This document shows positions 38,835 through 46,920 of a DNA stretch of 64,000 nucleotides, in pieces. Numbering within the stretch: the first letter of the stretch is position 1; every line of letters begins with the position of its first letter. The notes under the pieces are model-generated. The model was not told the DNA's origin and made no database searches. It worked only from the letters and a program-made list of their open reading frames with translations. The translations under genes were made by a program, and so were the position numbers. The DNA comes from an uncultured delta proteobacterium (GTDB lineage Bacteria; Desulfobacterota; Syntrophia; Syntrophales; Smithellaceae). The stretch is from assembly GCA_963753975.1 (NCBI GenBank), contig CAVWEH010000004.1:314457-378456 (forward strand), read 5' to 3'.

Positions 38835-40475
38835 TCACTGTTTCCGGTATCGTGCATAGATAACGAAAAGCGTACTTATTAACGAAAAGTAAATGTTGTA
38901 GAAATTATCGTTCAGTTTTTTCCTGGCCAAGCCTTTTTGATGGCTGGCGTAATTTCTTGTCAGATGCGCAACTAAGAGATGTCTTCCATATCGCCTGTCG
39001 TTTGGTATCTGAGCCGCTGATGCAAGTAATGCAAGCTTCTCAAGAAAGTCGTCTGAACTATTTGCTTTGGTTATATCGGGTTTGCCGGTCAAATTTTTTA
39101 ACGATTTATAATCGAGCGTCTCGTTTTTAAGAAGATTCAACAAGACTCCTTCAAGGCTAGCTCCGCCAATCCATTCTTTGCCATGAACCTCGACAGCTCT
39201 GGAGAGGTCGCCTATGCCGCTCCATATCTCATGGGTACGCCATAACCCAGGATCACTGTAGACTTTGTTGATTCTTCTTATTGCAGCAAGTGCGGTGCCC
39301 TCAGGTTTTTCTGCCAGCTCATCGAACAATTGATCACATAGAGCATTCGGCATCCTTTCATGTTCAAGAAGAATGGAATTAAGTTTCTTCAGTTCAGCAG
39401 TCAGACTGTCTCTTACATTCTGTTCAAGGTCCCATTTTTCATCAGGGAACATTCTTTCTAAACTTCCCGGATACACATTAACTCCGTTTTCCGTATATAT
39501 CCAAGAATATTTCTCGTGTGCCCCATCAACATCTTTACAAATTTCATGAAAATTGTTGGTTGTTGAATGCCCGAGAAAGATTACGGCTCTCAATATGTAT
39601 GACTTAGTTTCTTCAGCTAACCGAAATTCATCATTGCCGTTGAATGTTTCATAAAGATCAATAAGCTTTCTAAGATATCGAATCCAGTCCGAATAAGTGG
39701 CTGCTCCAAATAACAACTTTGCAGTTGTCTCACTCCTGCTGACAACTTCGCCCCAGTCCGAAGCTGTGTGCTTTGAATTCTCAAAATATTCTGTTTTCAG
39801 AAGGTCTCGTCTAAATGAAAAGTCAGCTACCATCATAAAAAAACTACTAAACTCATGCAAAGAACTGTGCACCAAGCCGTTGTTAAAACAAACCCTGCCT
39901 GACATCAGACCAGTCGCCCGGTTATGTTTGTAGGTGTTTAGTTTATTCAATTCATCAATAATAAAAAGTTTCCACGTTGAATAATAATGGGTTGCCCTGC
40001 TCTTTGGGGATCGCCTCCCTTCATATACTCCTTCAGTAATGACAAACTTTTTCCATGCTTTAAATTCTTGATTGATCGGCTTATTTACAAAAGGATTTTC
40101 CGTTTGCAGAGATCGCTCAAAGGGATGACCAAAGTCGATAGCCTTACTGAATTCCTTTGTCAGCCATATTCTGCTGTTGTGCATTGCCTCTTCCAAGTCG
40201 ATCAGTGGTCTCCACTCATCTCGGACTGTATAAAGCCCGTCTGCGTAGGGCAGACCCGCCCGGAAGCGTCGTCTAAGCAATTCCTGAGGATAAAGCACGC
40301 GAAAGCAAGGATATAACAATCCCTTTTTTTCAAAAGCCTCTAATGCATCCTCATTGACAGAGACGCCATTAGCCGTACAGTATTTGATAAATTCCTGATG
40401 CTCTAAATATGGCGAATCTGCTTGAGACTGTGCTTCCGATGGTATTCGAATAACTATTTTGGCCTTTTTACTCAT
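38835..40475 (-). CDS. 546-aa hypothetical protein with a C-terminal HEPN-like RxxxxH motif
   Basis: Long intact ORF; RNYASH in a helical C-terminal region; possible N-terminal HTH. Confidence 0.7.
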   Translation of the reverse strand: MSKKAKIVIRIPSEAQSQADSPYLEHQEFIKYCTANGVSVNEDALEAFEKKGLLYPCFRVLYPQELLRRRFRAGLPYADGLYTVRDEWRPLIDLEEAMHNSRIWLTKEFSKAIDFGHPFERSLQTENPFVNKPINQEFKAWKKFVITEGVYEGRRSPKSRATHYYSTWKLFIIDELNKLNTYKHNRATGLMSGRVCFNNGLVHSSLHEFSSFFMMVADFSFRRDLLKTEYFENSKHTASDWGEVVSRSETTAKLLFGAATYSDWIRYLRKLIDLYETFNGNDEFRLAEETKSYILRAVIFLGHSTTNNFHEICKDVDGAHEKYSWIYTENGVNVYPGSLERMFPDEKWDLEQNVRDSLTAELKKLNSILLEHERMPNALCDQLFDELAEKPEGTALAAIRRINKVYSDPGLWRTHEIWSGIGDLSRAVEVHGKEWIGGASLEGVLLNLLKNETLDYKSLKNLTGKPDITKANSSDDFLEKLALLASAAQIPNDRRYGRHLLVAHLTRNYASHQKGLARKKLNDNFYNIYFSLISTLFVIYARYRKQ

Positions 40476-40514
40476 ACACAGGATGGATTAGTTAAGCTAC
40501 GGCTTTTCATTTTT

Positions 40515-40798
40515 CTATCCTTCCCCCTCGACAATCCTTATCTCCTCCTCCGTTAATTCGTACAACTCATAAACCAGTTTATCAATCTGCCGGTCGGTGG
40601 CGTCGATTTGGCATGGATAACATCTTTATAAGCTTCGGCAAAGCCGGATATGTTTTCCACATCCCATCCTAGCGCTTTGAAGAACGGATCGATAAATTCC
40701 CGGCGCAGTTGCATCTCGTTGTATTTGCCCGACTGGTAAGCCTCGCGGTTGCGTTCAAAGCGGTCAACGAGATCAATTATTTCCTGGGGAGCTTTCAT
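40515..40798 (-). pseudogene. Type IIG (Eco57I-like) restriction-modification gene remnant with a large internal deletion
   Basis: N-terminus YNEMQLRREFIDPFFKALGWDV...DVIH is joined out of frame at about 40611 to the C-terminus QIDATDRQIDKLVYELYELTEEEIRIVEGEG*; no methyltransferase motifs remain. Confidence 0.78.
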
Positions 40799-40833
40799 CT
40801 GTTTTATCCGTTTCAGGATATGACGTGTAAGTA

Positions 40834-40862
40834 AGTATAGGGAAAGCCGTTTTGCATGTCAA
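40834..40862 (-). promoter_or_regulatory. Near-consensus sigma70 promoter heading the accessory locus
   Basis: Minus strand TTGACA-17 bp-TATACT, 35 nt upstream of the R-M remnant ATG. Confidence 0.7.
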
Positions 40863-40968
40863 TGAAATTATAAGGACAATATCTATTGTATGGGTAACGA
40901 TTTCAATTATTAAAGCCTTTAATTTAGACTTTACAAAATCCCATCTTCCTGATTAAAGTGAGGACAAA

Positions 40969-41952
40969 ATGTCCAGGGAGACACTTTCTGTGAGCAAAAC
41001 AAAATTGCCCCAATACGATTACGATACAGTTATTATCGGCGGAGGGCCGGCTGGTTACACTGCAGGCATTTACGCCTCTCGCGCCGGGCTTAAAGCAATG
41101 CTGGTGGAAGGCGCGGCAACGGTAAGTCAAATAACCATTGCCGATTTCATAGAAAATTATCCCGGAATTCCCGATGGCATTAATGGTTTTGACCTGATGC
41201 AGTTATTTAAAAAACAGGCGCTTAAATTCGGTTTGGAAGTAATAACCAAAGATGTATCCGCAATCAAAAATAATGCGTCTTCCCCTGTTATCTGGGATGT
41301 CACTCTCGGAGATAAATCCATAAGCACTTTAAGCGTAATTGCCGTAACCGGCGCGCAGTGGCGCAAACTGGGTGTCCCCGGCGAGGAGGAATTTGCCGGT
41401 AAAGGAGTTTCCTACTGCGCTACCTGCGACGGGCCGTTTTATAAGAATAAAGATGTGGTAGTTGTGGGCGGCGGCGATACGGCCATTCAAGAAGCTCTTT
41501 TTTTAACTCATTTCGCTAAAAAAGTTATCGTAGTGCATCGCCGCGATAGGCTGCGCGCCACAGATATTTTACAAAAAAGGGCCTTTGCCGAAAAGAAAAT
41601 AGAGTTTGCTTGGAAGGCTAATCTTACTGAGGTTATCGGTAAAGATTTTGTCACCGGTATTAAGATAGCCGATGTCCAATCCGGGAAAGTAAGCGTTATT
41701 TCTGCGGAAGGAGTTTTTATCTTCGTCGGCAGGATTCCCAACACCAGCTTGTTTCAAAATGTTTTAAAATTAGATGCCAACGGCTATATATTAACGGATG
41801 ATAACATGAACACTTCCGCCGCAGGAATATTCGCCGCCGGAGACTGCCGGGCCAAACAGTTCCGGCAGGTAGTGACAGCCGCAGGTGACGGGGCTAACGC
41901 GGCGTTCAGCGCAGAGCTTTATGTAGGAAATATAAAAGGTGAAGCGTACTAA
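40969..41952 (+). CDS. trxB: Thioredoxin reductase
   Basis: GGGPAG, ENYPG, GVSYCATCDG, GGGDTA, HRRD, FAAGD. Confidence 0.95.
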   Translation: MSRETLSVSKTKLPQYDYDTVIIGGGPAGYTAGIYASRAGLKAMLVEGAATVSQITIADFIENYPGIPDGINGFDLMQLFKKQALKFGLEVITKDVSAIKNNASSPVIWDVTLGDKSISTLSVIAVTGAQWRKLGVPGEEEFAGKGVSYCATCDGPFYKNKDVVVVGGGDTAIQEALFLTHFAKKVIVVHRRDRLRATDILQKRAFAEKKIEFAWKANLTEVIGKDFVTGIKIADVQSGKVSVISAEGVFIFVGRIPNTSLFQNVLKLDANGYILTDDNMNTSAAGIFAAGDCRAKQFRQVVTAAGDGANAAFSAELYVGNIKGEAY

Positions 41953-41992
41953 TAATGTAACATGGCATAACTTAACGTAAGGAAAGTAAATT

Positions 41993-42849
41993 ATGGAATC
42001 TTTAATCAATGCCTGGCAACAAATTCCGGCGCATATAAACCCGGCTATTTTCAGTACCGGTTCTTTTCAACTGCGCTATTACAGCTTGATGTACATCGTT
42101 GCTTTCGTTATCGTTTATTTTCTTGTCTCTTTACCGGATAAAAAATGAAAATTATAAATACACAGCCGAAACTATTCAGGACTATTTGGTCTGGGCGATG
42201 GTCGGGATTGCTCATCGGCGGCAGGTTCGGTTATGCCTTATTTTACAATTTCGGCTATTACTTCCAGCATCCGCTCGAAATAATTTTGCCTTTTGATTTT
42301 TCCAACGGCATCAGATTTATCGGCATCAGCGGAATGTCTTACCACGGCGGTCTTATCGGCGTTATTATTATGTCCATATTATTTTGCCGTAAACGAAAAA
42401 TTGATTTTTGGAAATTTGCCGATCTTTTCTGCCCGGCCATACCGTTGGGTTACACCTTTGGCCGGATCGGCAATTTTATCAATGGTGAACTATACGGCCG
42501 GATAACTACCGTGCCCTGGGGAATGTATTTTCCGCTTGACCCGACGCATAGCTTACGTCATCCCTCTCAACTTTACGAAGCAATCTTCGAAGGAATTGTT
42601 TTGTTCATCTTGCTGTGGCTGATTAGAAAAAAGAAAATGTTTGACGGATTCTTAATCGGAATTTACATTTGTGGCTACGGTTTTGTGCGTTTTATTATCG
42701 AATTTTTCCGCGAACCCGACTCTCAGCTTGGTTTTGTTTTGGGCCCGCTGAGTATGGGACAGGTCCTGTGTATATTGATGATGATGGCGGGTATCGCCGT
42801 TTTGTTCTGGCGGAAGAAAGCTTCAGCTTCACGTGAATCACGGGTATAA
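41993..42849 (+). CDS. lgt: Prolipoprotein diacylglyceryl transferase, two frameshifts near the 5' end
   Basis: ATG at 41993 ..LRYYSLMY.., GGRFGY, GMSYHGG, GRIGNFINGELYGR, HPSQLYE, EFFREPD; extra bases at about 42128 and 42205. Confidence 0.9.
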
Positions 42850-43185
42850 CACCCCGCAGTAAACTGCGGAGTCTTATACCCTCCGCTTTGCGGGATTGTT
42901 CGGCCAACTAGTTTTAGTGCGCTTTACTTCTAAAACTTGGGCCTCATTACAATAGTCCCACTTAGCTTCGCACGTGGGATAATTTCCAATAGCCACCGGC
43001 TATTGGATAATTCGACTAAAAAACTTAAATGCGCTTTGCTTTTGAAGTTTTAGTCTCATTACAACTTACAGATATTACTGTACTGCGTTTGTGGAGCACC
43101 TCCGGAAGGAGCCGAAGGCTATTTTCCAAGACGCGACATCCCGGAACGGGATAATATCTGAGTTTCATTAGAATTGGAGTTTCAC
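42833..43185 (+). repeat. Modular hairpin element, copy 4 (expanded)
   Basis: GTGAATCACGGGTAT head, three full modules, two extra hairpins and a terminal GAATTGGAGTTTCAC; overlaps the lgt stop codon. Confidence 0.85.
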
Positions 43186-43203
43186 AATAACGCAGGAGGT
43201 TTT

Positions 43204-44535
43204 ATGGGAAAGAATCTGGTCATTGTCGGCGGCGGCGCAGGCGGGGCATCAACCGCCGCCGAGGCTAAGCGCAATGATCCTTCGTTAAATATAACTATCC
43301 TGGAGGGCGGAAGGTTTGTTTCTTACGCCTCCTGCCCCACACCCTATTACATCGGTAATATAATAAAAGACGAAAAGGATGTAATCGCGCGGACGCCGGA
43401 GCGATTCCGCGAAACCGGTATTGACGTTCAATTAAACACCCCAGTGGTAAATATCAGCAATAAGGAGAAAATAGTTAAACTCAAAGACAGTAGGAAATTA
43501 TCCTTTGACATTTTAGCTTTAGCAACGGGCGCCAAATCGCTGATTCCCGATATTCCCGGTGTTGATAAACCAGGAATTTTTACTTTAAAAAATCTGGAAG
43601 AGGCCATTCGGATCAAAACATACCTGCGCGAAAATAAATGCCGCAAAGCGGTCATTATAGGTGCCGGTTTCATTGCCATGGAAATGAGCGAAGGCCTGCA
43701 CGCGGCCGGTGTTAAAACGGTCGTAATCCACAGGGGATCTCTGCCGGTCAATCGCTGGGATGCCGGGCTCTCCTCGTTCATGTTGCAAGAGCTGAAAAAT
43801 AATGGTGTGGAGTTTGTGCCCAACGCGGAAACGGCGGCTATCGAAACGGGAACCCAGGGGCCGCTTTGTGTTGTTACCAATCAAGGTAAATGGGATGCGG
43901 ATATGGTTTTACTGGCTATTGGTATAAAACCGGATATCCGTCTGGCGCAGGAGCTGGAACTGACAATTGGCCAGAGCGGCGCTGTCGCTGTAAACCATTT
44001 TCAGCAAACTTCACAAGAAAATGTTTACGCCGCTGGTGATTGCTGTGAATCATGGCATCGGGTGAGCCATCGCTGGGTAAACATTCCCCTGGGTGACATT
44101 GCCAATAAGCAAGGACGTGTGGCCGGGCGCAATATCGGCGGCAAACCGTTTAAATTCGCGGGAATTGTCGGAGCGCAGTCTTTTCGGCTTTTTAGTCTGG
44201 AAGCGGCGGCTACCGGCATTGATGAGAAGGAAGCGGCGCTCGTCAATTATAATCCTGTCAGCACTTTGGTCTGGGGAAATGCCATTGTCGGATCACTCGG
44301 CGAAAAGAAAATCGGCCTGAAACTTATTGCCGATAAGCCGTCGGGGAAATTACTAGGCGCGCAAGCCGTGGGATTTGCAGGCGCGGTCAGCCGGATTAAT
44401 TCCTTGTCAGTAGCACTTTGGGCGGAAATGAATCTTGATGAAATTGCCTATCTGGATTTAGCTTACTCGCCGTTTTTCAGTGGCGCATGGGACATAATCC
44501 ACAATGCCGCCCGGATTTTGCTCCAGAAGATCTAA
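43204..44535 (+). CDS. CoA-disulfide reductase / NADH oxidase family flavoprotein
   Basis: GGGAGG, single-Cys motif SYASCPTPY, GAGFIAME, YAAGDC, DLAYSP; SD AGGAGG before ATG at 43204. Confidence 0.88.
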   Translation: MGKNLVIVGGGAGGASTAAEAKRNDPSLNITILEGGRFVSYASCPTPYYIGNIIKDEKDVIARTPERFRETGIDVQLNTPVVNISNKEKIVKLKDSRKLSFDILALATGAKSLIPDIPGVDKPGIFTLKNLEEAIRIKTYLRENKCRKAVIIGAGFIAMEMSEGLHAAGVKTVVIHRGSLPVNRWDAGLSSFMLQELKNNGVEFVPNAETAAIETGTQGPLCVVTNQGKWDADMVLLAIGIKPDIRLAQELELTIGQSGAVAVNHFQQTSQENVYAAGDCCESWHRVSHRWVNIPLGDIANKQGRVAGRNIGGKPFKFAGIVGAQSFRLFSLEAAATGIDEKEAALVNYNPVSTLVWGNAIVGSLGEKKIGLKLIADKPSGKLLGAQAVGFAGAVSRINSLSVALWAEMNLDEIAYLDLAYSPFFSGAWDIIHNAARILLQKI

Positions 44536-44554
44536 ACTTAAAGGATATTACGAC

Positions 44555-45484
44555 ATGACTTTGTGGTGGATCTTCTTTGCTGTTTTCATCTTAGCTATGC
44601 TGGCTCTGGATTTAGGCGTCTTCAGCCGCAGAGCTCATGCAGTTAAGATAAAAGAGTCATTACACTGGACGGCGTTCTGGATACTTTTATCCGTGCTTTT
44701 TTGCGTAAGTGTATATTTTTTTTACGGTCATCAAAAGGCCATGGAGTTTTTAGCCGGATACCTGATTGAATACTCGCTCAGTATCGATAATCTTTTCGTT
44801 TTTTTACTTTTCTTTCGTTATTTCTCCGTTCCGGCCGAATATGAACAAAAATCTTTAATTTGGGGGATAATCATCGCCTTGATTATGCGCGGTATTTTTA
44901 TTTTTGCCGGCATTGCGCTGATCAATAAATTTCACTGGATTATATATCTCTTTGGAGCTTTCCTTATTTTCACTGCCATTCAGATTGCACGGGGCAAGGA
45001 ACATGAAGTTCATCCCGAAAAAAATATTATGATCAAATTACTGCGTACTTTTATGCCGATTTCCCCTGAGTATTCCGGCGGCAAGTTATTTGCCGTTAAA
45101 GAAGGTAAACATCTAGCCACGCCGCTTTTGGTTGTAATTTTGGTTTTGGGAACGACCGATGTTTTTTTTGCCGTGGATTCCATTCCCGCAGTTCTGGCTG
45201 TGACCACGGATCCTTTCATCGTTTATACTTCCAATGTTTTTGCCGTCTTAGGTTTGCGTTCGCTTTTTTTTGCCATTTCCGGCTTGATGAAACTGTTCCA
45301 CTACCTGCAATACGGTTTGGCGGTGATTTTGGGTTTTGTGGGAATTAAGATGCTGATCACTGATTTTTATCAGATACATGTGGGTATTTCTTTAGTCGTA
45401 ATAGCTATCGTAATTGCTTTGTCTATTATTGCCTCGCTGATGTGGCCGGATAAGCAAGGGCAAACTATCATAAAGGAAGAATAA
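44555..45484 (+). CDS. TerC/Alx family membrane protein
   Basis: LALDLG, EYSLSIDNLFVF, FAVDSIPA, SNVFAVLGLRSL; ATG at 44555. Confidence 0.9.
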   Translation: MTLWWIFFAVFILAMLALDLGVFSRRAHAVKIKESLHWTAFWILLSVLFCVSVYFFYGHQKAMEFLAGYLIEYSLSIDNLFVFLLFFRYFSVPAEYEQKSLIWGIIIALIMRGIFIFAGIALINKFHWIIYLFGAFLIFTAIQIARGKEHEVHPEKNIMIKLLRTFMPISPEYSGGKLFAVKEGKHLATPLLVVILVLGTTDVFFAVDSIPAVLAVTTDPFIVYTSNVFAVLGLRSLFFAISGLMKLFHYLQYGLAVILGFVGIKMLITDFYQIHVGISLVVIAIVIALSIIASLMWPDKQGQTIIKEE

Positions 45485-45494
45485 TCACGGCTCA

Positions 45495-46274
45495 ATGGGA
45501 ATTGATTTTTTAGACATATCACAAGCCCAATTAAAAAGATGGGCCAAGCTTACCGACGCTAAAGTGCGTCAGGAAGAAGGAATATTTTTAGCGGAAGGTA
45601 TAAAAGTAATTGAGGAGCTTTTCGTAAGCGACTGGCAAGCTAAAGCCATTTTGGTGCTCACGGAAAAAAATAAAAACTGGGAAAAGCTATTGGAGCAAAC
45701 CGCAAATAATGTCCCCATATATCGGCTTAAGCGCTCCCAGTGGCAAAAGATCGGCCAGGACAGAGAACCGGAAGGCATAATGGCCGTTGTTTCCATAAAG
45801 CAGGGATATTCTTTTTCCGTTTGGCTTGCAGAAACTCCCGGCAACGTTTTAATCCTGCATGAAATTAACAACCCCCGCAACCTGGGCGCATTGATGCGGA
45901 GTGCGCATTGGTTTGGATTTAGAAGTATTATTTTAAGCGCGGGCTCCGCCGACTACACTAATCCGAAAGCAGTACGCGCTTCGATGGGCAGTCTTTTTCA
46001 TTTGACTATTATCACTGATGTTGATTTATCGGAGGCACTGCCGGAAATTAAAAAGAATCGCCGGCTTGTCGGCTCGCACGTGCGTGAGGGAAGTTTGCCT
46101 CATGCAGTGGGAAAAAAAGTCGCTTTGCTTTTAGGCAACGAAAGCCACGGTCTGCCGGAAAATTTATTGGCGGCGGTAGATGAACGCTGGTACATCCCCG
46201 GCAGCAGTGAAGCGGACTCCTTGAGTTTGCCGCAGGCTGCTGCTATTATGATGTATGAAGCCGTGAAAAAATGA
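45495..46274 (+). CDS. TrmH/SpoU family RNA methyltransferase
   Basis: NPRNLGALMRSA, RASMGS, LGNESHGL, DSLSL. Confidence 0.9.
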   Translation: MGIDFLDISQAQLKRWAKLTDAKVRQEEGIFLAEGIKVIEELFVSDWQAKAILVLTEKNKNWEKLLEQTANNVPIYRLKRSQWQKIGQDREPEGIMAVVSIKQGYSFSVWLAETPGNVLILHEINNPRNLGALMRSAHWFGFRSIILSAGSADYTNPKAVRASMGSLFHLTIITDVDLSEALPEIKKNRRLVGSHVREGSLPHAVGKKVALLLGNESHGLPENLLAAVDERWYIPGSSEADSLSLPQAAAIMMYEAVKK

Positions 46275-46283
46275 GCATATAAT

Positions 46284-46367
46284 TGTCATTGCGAAGCGCC
46301 TCTCAGGCGCTGTGGCAATCTTTATGATATCGATTAAAAGTAGGAAACAGTTGCAACCATTCCCTAC
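46284..46367. repeat. Two adjacent REP-like palindromes
   Basis: TGTCATTGCGAAGCGCC-TCTCA-GGCGCTGTGGCAATCT (46284-46321) and the imperfect GTAG-type palindrome GTAGGAAACAGTTGCAACCATTCCCTAC (46340-46367). Confidence 0.5.
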
Positions 46368-46373
46368 GATAGA

Positions 46374-46700
46374 ATGAAAATGAAATCTTACATTCAAATA
46401 ACGACAACTACGGAAACCAGAGAGCAGGCGCAGACAATTGCTCGACATCTGATGGTGGAAAAGCTTGCCGCCTGCGTGCAGATTGTGGGCCCAATTACCA
46501 GCACTTATCGTTGGAAGGGTAAAATGGAAAATGCCCAGGAGTGGCTCTGCTTGATTAAAACGCGGGAAGAACTCTACGGCAAAGTAGAAACCGCAATTAA
46601 AAAACTGCATTCCTACGAGATACCAGAAATTATTGCCGTCCCGATCATTAAGGGGAGCAAGGAATATTTAAGGTGGATTGAGGAAACATATGAAAAATAA
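46374..46700 (+). CDS. cutA: Divalent-cation tolerance protein
   Basis: KLAACVQI, STYRWKG, LIKT, HSYEIPEII. Confidence 0.92.
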   Translation: MKMKSYIQITTTTETREQAQTIARHLMVEKLAACVQIVGPITSTYRWKGKMENAQEWLCLIKTREELYGKVETAIKKLHSYEIPEIIAVPIIKGSKEYLRWIEETYEK

Positions 46701-46902
46701 TGATAAGCGAATAATTAATTTCATATGTCGTATTTTAACTGACGTTGTGACTATAGAAGGTGTCACTGTATTGGCGTTAATAATAATTTTTTCTGTTTAC
46801 TTCTTGCCGATAAAATTCGTTTTTAGAATGATACTTGCAATTATAATATTCATTATATATTTATTTCTATTGTTTAGAAAAAGAAAACAGAACAATCCCT
46901 AA
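46690..46902 (+). CDS. Small two-TM hypothetical protein
   Basis: Fills the cutA-tkt gap, GAGG SD, two hydrophobic stretches and a basic tail. Confidence 0.45.
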   Translation: MKNNDKRIINFICRILTDVVTIEGVTVLALIIIFSVYFLPIKFVFRMILAIIIFIIYLFLLFRKRKQNNP

Positions 46903-46920
46903 ATCTTTCAAGGAGAAAAT

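Noticed and set aside
25165..43185. Modular repeats as CRISPR arrays (GTTTCA motif, repeat-spacer look)
   Set aside because: The conserved linkers are short and variable, the intervening parts are self-complementary and shared between copies, lengths are irregular, and no cas genes are present.
40969..44535. Additional selenoproteins among trxB, the CoA-disulfide reductase, DsbC, TlpA and NifU
   Set aside because: All redox positions are ordinary Cys codons.
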